DNA from: a virus
Lineage: Duplodnaviria > Caudoviricetes
Direction: 5' to 3' (one strand)
DNA length: 64,000 nt
IMG/VR virus record: IMGVR_UViG_3300032038_000003
Span: 96,001 to 160,000 of that record
The notes under the pieces were generated by a model. That model saw only the letters and a program-made list of their open reading frames with translations, ran no database searches and was not told the DNA's origin. Of the stretch, positions 58,207 to 64,000 are shown one piece after another (the first letter of the stretch is position 1; each line of letters starts with the position of its first letter). The position numbers were made by a program, and so were the translations under genes.

Positions 58207-58797
58207 TTATAAAACCTCGATTCCATAATCATTAGTAAAGCCAGAGTTTTCCATTATGATCTGTGCAAGTGTTCCAGGATAACCAGCGTCATCTTTACCC
58301 ATAGCAGCATAATCATAATTGTATGGAAACAGTACACATGTTTTACAAATCAGCTCTTCGTTTGTGAGCGAATCTAATGCAAGAGATGCAATTTGTTCAT
58401 ACTCTGCACGATTTAATGTTCTGAATAAAAAGTGTCTGTCTAAGATTTTAGTATGATAAATTCTTGAAACGCCGTATTGCTTTTTCCAAAGCTGTACTTT
58501 GGATACTCCAGGTCCACCTTCGAAAATTGGTGCATCGTTTGGATCTATAAAGTAATCGTCATCTTTATCATACGTCATTTCTCCAGGATAGATATCTGGT
58601 TTAGAGTCATAGTCAATCTCTCCAGTAATCTCTGGTTTAGCATCAGAATCTTGATTTTCATCATCGATTTCTGCTTCTGCTCTCAGAGATGCGTAGATAT
58701 CATCTGGAGAATCTGGTTGCTCTTCTGTAAGAGTACCGTTCTTTTCAAACTCAAGTTTTTGTTTAGCAGCCTTCATTAAATCATCGTATTCGCTCAT
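58207..58797 (-). CDS. Tail assembly chaperone
   Basis: WKKQYG...FLFRTLNRAEY...ICKTCVLFP...GTLAQIIMENSGF, with an acidic N-terminus. Confidence 0.7.
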   Translation of the reverse strand: MSEYDDLMKAAKQKLEFEKNGTLTEEQPDSPDDIYASLRAEAEIDDENQDSDAKPEITGEIDYDSKPDIYPGEMTYDKDDDYFIDPNDAPIFEGGPGVSKVQLWKKQYGVSRIYHTKILDRHFLFRTLNRAEYEQIASLALDSLTNEELICKTCVLFPYNYDYAAMGKDDAGYPGTLAQIIMENSGFTNDYGIEVL

Positions 58798-58808
58798 GGT
58801 AATCTCCT

Positions 58809-59171
58809 TTAATAGTAGTTATTTGTAAAATCTTGTGTTTCTAGTTCGCTTAATTTGGAATCACAATCTTCAATATCTTTATTGCAATTTTCAATGTCTT
58901 CAGATAATTGTTCTTCTTGATTATAGGTTTCAAGTTGCTTTTTGAGTTTTAATAAGTCCTTTTGCCGATTAGTTTTTTCGATTTCTATATGTTCCCATTT
59001 AGCCATTGTAAGATAGAAACCTACATATACTGCACCAATACCAAATGTTGAAATTAATAATTGCGACAAAGAACTTAGATCGTTCTGATGATGCATTTCG
59101 TACATAGCATATCCAACAATAATGACTAATACGATTGCAATAAAAACGCCTATCCTTTTAGACATCGCCAT
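58809..59171 (-). CDS. Holin-like two-TM membrane protein with C-terminal coiled coil
   Basis: IGVFIAIVLVIIVGYAMY and LLISTFGIGAVYVGFYL are TM segments. No RBS at the annotated start (see finding). Confidence 0.6.
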   Translation of the reverse strand: MAMSKRIGVFIAIVLVIIVGYAMYEMHHQNDLSSLSQLLISTFGIGAVYVGFYLTMAKWEHIEIEKTNRQKDLLKLKKQLETYNQEEQLSEDIENCNKDIEDCDSKLSELETQDFTNNYY

Positions 59172-59227
59172 AAATCTTGGCGTAGGTTTAATACGTCTTT
59201 TTTCTTTCTTTGTTTTTGTGGAATCAT
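59150..59227 (-). CDS. 25-aa leader ORF, or the frameshifted true N-terminus of the holin-like gene
   Basis: AAGGAG RBS 8 nt before ATG 59227; reads MIPQKQRKKKDVLNLRQDLWRCLKG*. Confidence 0.45.
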   Translation of the reverse strand: MIPQKQRKKKDVLNLRQDLWRCLKG

Positions 59228-59243
59228 AAGAATATCTCCTTTA

Positions 59244-59918
59244 TTAAATATCTTTGAAGAGCGTATCATAAGAATATTTAATATCAGAAGATGATGATAA
59301 TTCACTTTCTTCTCCCACGTATTTATTGTAATCTTCAGAGGCATCAGATTCTTTAATGTCTCTGGCGATAAAATTATAAGTTTCAGATATAGGATTGCCT
59401 GACGTATCTACTTGAACAGAAACACTTCTCATAAATACATCTTTAATAGTTTTAGTGTTAGCCCCATCGCCAAAAGATATTATAATATCTTTATGATTCT
59501 TTCTATAAACTTTACTGCTGTTGTTTAAGAAAAATGGATCATAGTGAGCGTCGTATACATCTGAGCTAGTAAAATCATTATTGTCATCATCGCCATTATT
59601 TGATGAATCACTTATCTCATTACTAGCTCCATTATTTGCTCTTTTATAAATGTCATGTAATAGGTTATCGTCAAGAACTCCAGTTTGTGGTAACCCAAAT
59701 TTCTTTTGATAATTTAATATTATATTTCTAAAAGTAGAACCTACAGCACTTACTCTTGTATTAGTAATATCCCCGCCAGCTCTATCTATCAGATTTACAA
59801 CCTCTTGTACGAGAGGACCAGAATAATTATTACCAGTAGAATCATAGCCAAGCGATGAAAATTGTCCATGTGTAAGGTCTCGTATGGAACTACCTTCATT
59901 TATAAACATATTAGCCAT
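59244..59918 (-). CDS. Peptidoglycan-binding domain plus C-terminal half of a tail-tube-like fold
   Basis: ILNYQKKFGLPQTGVLD is PG_binding_1-like. DIIISFG...TIKDV...GNPISETYNFIARDI matches the tube C-halves (WIARRL, FVAREI). Confidence 0.7.
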   Translation of the reverse strand: MANMFINEGSSIRDLTHGQFSSLGYDSTGNNYSGPLVQEVVNLIDRAGGDITNTRVSAVGSTFRNIILNYQKKFGLPQTGVLDDNLLHDIYKRANNGASNEISDSSNNGDDDNNDFTSSDVYDAHYDPFFLNNSSKVYRKNHKDIIISFGDGANTKTIKDVFMRSVSVQVDTSGNPISETYNFIARDIKESDASEDYNKYVGEESELSSSSDIKYSYDTLFKDI

Positions 59919-60696
59919 TGATTATCGACCCCTTTACATAATGTCTTTTACCGTTCGAATCCATTACCCAATATGTTATACCATCAAGACCAGGTATTGA
60001 TTCAAGAATCAGACCGTCTCCATATAATTGTTTTCCTCCTCGTGTCATAGCGAGGTCATCATATCCAGTTACACCACTCAAATCAATTGAGGTTGCAGAT
60101 TTCATTTGAAACTGTTCTTCAAGTGCATTTTTTGTAATCTGATTCGGTACACCAGTAGCAGTAATATCGTTATTCTTCTGAAATTCTTTTAATGCCTTTT
60201 GATATTGCTGTGTACTGGAATTAGTATTTACGTCATAACCTAAAGCGATTAGCTTAATTAAAGTATCAGTATCTATATTAGTATTATTGTGTCTATCAAT
60301 ATTACGAGCTGTAGATCCAAACCAATCTGTATTGTATAGATTAGTTTCTTCGTTTAGATTGTATCTGTTATTGCCAGATGTAATTGAGTTATCATAGTCA
60401 CCATAAGGCTCAACTGTAAATACTTGAGGAGCCTTATTTTTAATTGGAACGGTAAAAGTACCAGTAACGATACGATTACCGATAACTACATCGTCAAATG
60501 TTCTTGAATTGTATCCATATACTGGTTTTAACTGTTCTTGGATTTCGTATTGTATGAAGCCAATTTCTGTTTGTTCTTCATCATCCATATAGATTTTAGT
60601 ATCTGTACTTGAGTAATATTCTTCTCTATATAAATTGGCTTCTCTATGATCAACAGTTGGAGTATATGAATAATTAAATGAAGGATCTTTCGCCAT
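59911..60696 (-). CDS. N-terminal half of a tail-tube-like fold plus peptidoglycan-binding domain
   Basis: YYSSTD...IQYEIQEQLKPVYGYNS...GNRIVTGTF matches the tube N-half. ALKEFQKNNDITATGVPNQIT is PG-binding-like. Confidence 0.7.
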   Translation of the reverse strand: MAKDPSFNYSYTPTVDHREANLYREEYYSSTDTKIYMDDEEQTEIGFIQYEIQEQLKPVYGYNSRTFDDVVIGNRIVTGTFTVPIKNKAPQVFTVEPYGDYDNSITSGNNRYNLNEETNLYNTDWFGSTARNIDRHNNTNIDTDTLIKLIALGYDVNTNSSTQQYQKALKEFQKNNDITATGVPNQITKNALEEQFQMKSATSIDLSGVTGYDDLAMTRGGKQLYGDGLILESIPGLDGITYWVMDSNGKRHYVKGSIING

Positions 60697-60702
60697 AATT
60701 CA

Positions 60703-62325
60703 TTACTCCTTTACTTTAAAATGCCACTTGTATGGTGTACTACCATAAGGATATATAATATAATAAACATCCGTTGGAGTAAGATTCTGTGGATCATCTT
60801 TAAACATATCTTCAAACTCTGAAATAGAATGTGTTTGTGGTCCTTCAAAAACTAATACTTTAGAATCAGTCTTTGTATTACCGTTTTTATAAACAGACAA
60901 AACAGAATATTTCACTTGTTGAGGATTATTATTAGTAATTGTACTTTCAAACTGATCCAAAGTCTGAAGGTCTGTTATATCATATATGCCAGGTTCTTTT
61001 GTTAATTGGACATCAGCATGATTAGAAATATAACCTCGATACATGGTATTTGTCTGAGATTCTAATATATTCCAAGTATAGTTATCACAAATACCAGTCT
61101 CCATTAAATCATTATCTTGCTGAAATCTTTTTACATAGCTTTCCGTTTTTTCATCAAACGTTCCAGAAGTATAGTCTTGAAAATTAGGATACAAAGTAGA
61201 AAGTGCATTTTGTAATACTGTTACTTGTGGACCGCTATCTGCATAACGAAGTTGTTCAAAAGTATAAGCATCTGCTGGATTATCAAGATAATTATATACA
61301 TCATATAATGAAATATAACCATCTTGTGTCTGATAATAAGTTTCTAAGTTATTCATTACTTTATTAAAGACTTCGACAGATGCTAAATATGATAAAGTCT
61401 TTGTAATTGCAGAATTGGAATCTGGAGATTTATAAATATATGCTCCAGACTTATTAATGACTTGTACGAACTTACTATCTACACCATGTTTAGTGTATTG
61501 TAATAATTTCGTATAAACGCCATTATCTACAATACCATCTACGATTAATCCTTGCGTTGATTGAAAATCACGAACAGCTTGGTCAGTGATTCGATCAAAT
61601 TTATATGTAATTGGAATGTCACGATCAAGAGCCATGTTTAATAATTGCTGTACGCCAGCAATATCACTGCCCATCATCGGACTGCCATTAGTAATCAAAT
61701 ATAATGTACGACTTAATGGTCGAATTTCATATTGACTATTTTCAATAGTAGCCTGTCTTTCTTGTTCGTCTACATAATAGTTTCTTAAAACACCAGTGCT
61801 TACTGTGTATAATGTCTTCTGTTTTTGATCAGAAGCAGTAATGATGTTTTCATCAAATACAGAGATTTCTCTTGCAACAAACTTAAATAAGTTTTCTGTA
61901 AATAAATCTTCTACGGAGAGAGTTTGTGATTCATCAGTAAAGTCTACTCCATAAATGAACATACTACATGAACTACCATATTCGTTTGCAGATACGATCA
62001 TAATGTCAAACAATGGTAGTTCGTCAACTTTAAGCGTAGGATAATCCTGTAAATATGGTGCTTGGTCTTGTAATTCTCTTAGCCAATGTTTATTGATAAG
62101 AGTAAAAACCATAGTACCAGCATATATTCTTGAACCTCTGGTAATACCGTTAATATTAGTACGACCAATGTTGATTACTGGTACTTTATTTCTATACATG
62201 GAATAACTAATAGTAGTTAAAGAACCAATAACAATAGGCTTGAGTCCTGGAAACATTAAAAAGGCAATGGTATCTGTACCAGAGAAAGATTTATAAAACC
62301 TAGAAATAGACATACCTTTATCCAT
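60703..62325 (-). CDS. Tail-tube paralog fused to two PG-binding domains and an SH3b-like domain (540 aa)
   Basis: SFSGTD...ISYS...RGSRIYAGTMVF...DELPLFDI...NEYG...FVAREI; AVRDFQSTQGLIVDGIV; VKRFQQDNDLMETGI. Confidence 0.8.
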   Translation of the reverse strand: MDKGMSISRFYKSFSGTDTIAFLMFPGLKPIVIGSLTTISYSMYRNKVPVINIGRTNINGITRGSRIYAGTMVFTLINKHWLRELQDQAPYLQDYPTLKVDELPLFDIMIVSANEYGSSCSMFIYGVDFTDESQTLSVEDLFTENLFKFVAREISVFDENIITASDQKQKTLYTVSTGVLRNYYVDEQERQATIENSQYEIRPLSRTLYLITNGSPMMGSDIAGVQQLLNMALDRDIPITYKFDRITDQAVRDFQSTQGLIVDGIVDNGVYTKLLQYTKHGVDSKFVQVINKSGAYIYKSPDSNSAITKTLSYLASVEVFNKVMNNLETYYQTQDGYISLYDVYNYLDNPADAYTFEQLRYADSGPQVTVLQNALSTLYPNFQDYTSGTFDEKTESYVKRFQQDNDLMETGICDNYTWNILESQTNTMYRGYISNHADVQLTKEPGIYDITDLQTLDQFESTITNNNPQQVKYSVLSVYKNGNTKTDSKVLVFEGPQTHSISEFEDMFKDDPQNLTPTDVYYIIYPYGSTPYKWHFKVKE

Positions 62326-62350
62326 TATATCTTTCTCTCCTTTCTTCTAA

Positions 62351-62379
62351 ATTATAGCAAAGGATATTATTTAATACAA
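62351..62379 (-). promoter_or_regulatory. SigA-type promoter with extended -10
   Basis: TTGTAT-N17-TATAAT with TG at the extended -10 position (TGcTATAAT), upstream of the AAGGAG RBS of 60703-62325. Confidence 0.6.
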
Positions 62380-62420
62380 GAAATAAGAATGAACCCAGCA
62401 GCATTATAGCATACTGGGTC
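62380..62420 (-). terminator. Intrinsic terminator after the tail tube gene
   Basis: GACCCAGUAUGC-UAUAAU-GCUGCUGGGUUC hairpin followed by AUUCUUAUUUCUU. Confidence 0.6.
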
Positions 62421-62462
62421 CACCCTTATCTATTTTAAGCTATGATTAAATTAGATTCTTGA

Positions 62463-63392
62463 TTAGATAGTAACCATATTGGTATCGCTTGTAACGTCGT
62501 TAACAAGTTTACCAATGATAGTACCGTTCTGATCACGAGTGTAAACACCACGGATCAATGGACTTAATCTACGAGCGATCCATGTTAACTGTCTGCTCAT
62601 GATTACTGTATCAACAGAAGCACCAGAGCTTTCGTTAAGGATATCAACATCGTAAATCTTCTGGAATGCAGTGTGTCCGTACTCAGAACCGAATGTAAGA
62701 GTAATATCGAATGGAGGTAATGTATCTGCATAGATTACATTCTGTCCACGGATTGGAGCGAAGCCAGCTGGAACATTGATTGTATCAGCTGCATTGTCAT
62801 CCCATGCTCCTAATCTCTGATCAACAAAGCCATTGGAATCAATGGTAGGTTTGTTGTTCGAACCCTTTGCTGTCTGAGCAGAAATTGGGTTGCTGTAAGA
62901 ACCAGCACGACCAGTACCCTGTGAAGTAGCTGTATTCGAGAATGAGAATCCGTATCCAGCTCTGTCGTTTGTTGAAACTCCGTTTAAAGCATAGATAGGA
63001 TTGTTAGCATCTGTCTGACCGTTTGCTGTATAGCTAACAGTCTGGTTCCACTTAATCATGTCCATAGCGTTTGTGAAATCTTCTGAACGAGATAACACAT
63101 TGTTTGCAGCAGCAGTAAACATAGCTGAAGGAGCGATGTCTTGCCATACTGTCTGTAAAGCCTCTACTAAAGAATCATGATCGAAAACTGCGAATACCAT
63201 AGATCCAGCGATACCACGTTTTCCACGAGAGAAAGAACGAGCATCAGCAGAACCACAAGTAAACACAGGAGCTTTATCTCTTTGTACAGCCCATGAAATT
63301 TGCTGTAACTCACCAATGGCTTTATTAGCGAACGTAGCAACAAGGTCTGCACCAGAAAAACTAGTTAATGTGCTAATTGTTGGACTTGCCAT
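62463..63392 (-). CDS. Major tail tube protein (309 aa)
   Basis: Directly follows the sheath gene. SFSGAD...ELQQISW...SFSRGKRGIAGSMVF...YADTLPPFDI...EYG...DILNE...WIAR. AAGGAGG RBS and high-expression-type codons. Confidence 0.8.
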   Translation of the reverse strand: MASPTISTLTSFSGADLVATFANKAIGELQQISWAVQRDKAPVFTCGSADARSFSRGKRGIAGSMVFAVFDHDSLVEALQTVWQDIAPSAMFTAAANNVLSRSEDFTNAMDMIKWNQTVSYTANGQTDANNPIYALNGVSTNDRAGYGFSFSNTATSQGTGRAGSYSNPISAQTAKGSNNKPTIDSNGFVDQRLGAWDDNAADTINVPAGFAPIRGQNVIYADTLPPFDITLTFGSEYGHTAFQKIYDVDILNESSGASVDTVIMSRQLTWIARRLSPLIRGVYTRDQNGTIIGKLVNDVTSDTNMVTI

Positions 63393-63423
63393 ATCTTTTT
63401 CCTCCTTAAATTATTTTATCAAT

Positions 63424-63451
63424 TCCTGGATGGCTGTTATACCACCCAGGA
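63424..63451 (-). other. 10-bp RNA hairpin between sheath and tube genes (no U-tract)
   Basis: UCCUGGGUGG-UAUAACAG-CCAUCCAGGA pairs fully (one G-U) only on the minus-strand transcript. Confidence 0.5.
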
Positions 63452-63468
63452 TGCTTCATTTACAGTTC

Positions 63469-63999
63469 TTATTCAGCTGCTCTAAGAGCGACTACAGTAG
63501 TGATCTTCTTTAATGTCATTGCTGGGATGATTGTAAGTGCGATACTTGCTTCACCCAGTAACTGCTGCTGAATGGTTGCACTTACTTCGAACTCGTAACT
63601 CTGGATTTCTCCAAGCTCAACCAACTTAGCTAATCTCTTAGAGATTAAAGCTGAAAGAGCGTTACGCTGTTCAACAGTATTCTGCTCACCAATGAATGGA
63701 TCAGCAACCTGTCTGATGTTATCAACTACGTCGGTAACAACCTTAACGATAGCGATATCAGAGTAGTCACATCCAGGAGCACCAGAAGTTACACCGTCAA
63801 CTACATAAGGAGTAGAAGAAGCAGTAGCCATGCCTTCATTCTTAAGCTTGAAGCAAACCATTCTGTTACCGATAAGAGCGTCCATCTGCTTGTTAGAGAA
63901 TTTGAACTTAATACCGTTAACATTGCGGATTGCCTTGTTAAGAGGAGAAGACTGAGGCTGTAATACAGCGTTGAGGGCTGCATAAGCGATAGCTGGTGA
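63469..63999 (-). CDS. Contractile tail sheath protein, C-terminal part (runs off the right edge)
   Basis: Frame is open to the window edge (SPAIAYAALNAVLQPQSSPLNKAI...). IRQVADPFIGEQN...IQSYEF...LTIIPAMTLKKI is a sheath C-terminal domain pattern. Confidence 0.85.
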   Translation of the reverse strand, partial: SPAIAYAALNAVLQPQSSPLNKAIRNVNGIKFKFSNKQMDALIGNRMVCFKLKNEGMATASSTPYVVDGVTSGAPGCDYSDIAIVKVVTDVVDNIRQVADPFIGEQNTVEQRNALSALISKRLAKLVELGEIQSYEFEVSATIQQQLLGEASIALTIIPAMTLKKITTVVALRAAE

Positions 64000-64000
64000 A

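Noticed and set aside
62393-63451. TATAA-loop hairpins as N4-like hairpin promoters for the putative virion RNAP
   Set aside because: They lie after late structural genes and rely on G-U pairs, which favours RNA terminator or stability hairpins.
869-63513. All plus-strand ORFs and the short nested minus-strand ORFs in the track
   Set aside because: They are shadows of long, RBS-bearing minus-strand genes and show no recognisable motifs. The 3' part of 59150-59344 is the exception and is treated separately.
29163-63999. Bacterial contractile injection system (eCIS, tailocin or T6SS) rather than a phage
   Set aside because: The scale, endolysin, fibres, decoration-type proteins and nucleic-acid enzymes favour a large phage, and no eCIS ATPase or T6SS membrane genes were seen. 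Capsid genes are outside the window, so this is not formally excluded.
1-64000. Stop-codon reassignment, inteins/introns, tRNAs or IS elements
   Set aside because: Genes up to 10 kb are open under the standard code, and TAA, TAG and TGA all end genes at sensible junctions. No intein, homing endonuclease, tRNA or transposase signature was recognised by eye.

Overview
This 64 kb, AT-rich window is one continuous minus-strand virion morphogenesis operon of a large contractile-tailed (myovirus-type) phage. The host is probably a Firmicute, likely Clostridiales/Lachnospiraceae-like, judging from the endolysin cell-wall-binding repeat and strong AGGAGG-type RBSs. In transcription order (right to left) it encodes: tail sheath (truncated), tail tube, three tube-like genes carrying peptidoglycan-binding domains, a holin-like membrane protein, two paralogous tail chaperones, two giant proteins at the tape-measure locus (2154 aa and 3391 aa), a 2038-aa hub/tail lysin, central spike, NlpC/P60 peptidase, gp25-like, baseplate J and wedge proteins, large FN3/vWA/lectin/Ig baseplate appendages, tail fibres, an endolysin and further structural paralogs. 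The standout is the 3391-aa protein (40882-51057). It carries an apparently intact N-terminal DEDDh 3'-5' exonuclease and, in correct order, the motifs of a single-chain two-barrel RNA polymerase (YEG, K-x6-K, R-x-P, NLDFDGD, KxxIG, QxxIDxK). It is therefore a candidate tail-delivered virion RNA polymerase-exonuclease fusion. Its 2154-aa neighbour carries degenerate Cas4/PD-(D/E)XK-like and thermonuclease-like domains. Other notable signals: a likely +1 programmed frameshift (TTT-CCC-TAG) into an unannotated 134-codon frame, a tube-fold gene split in two, an active/inactive NlpC pair, and a shared basic/acidic stalk flanking different head domains. All assignments come from motif reading and synteny by eye; no database searches were run.
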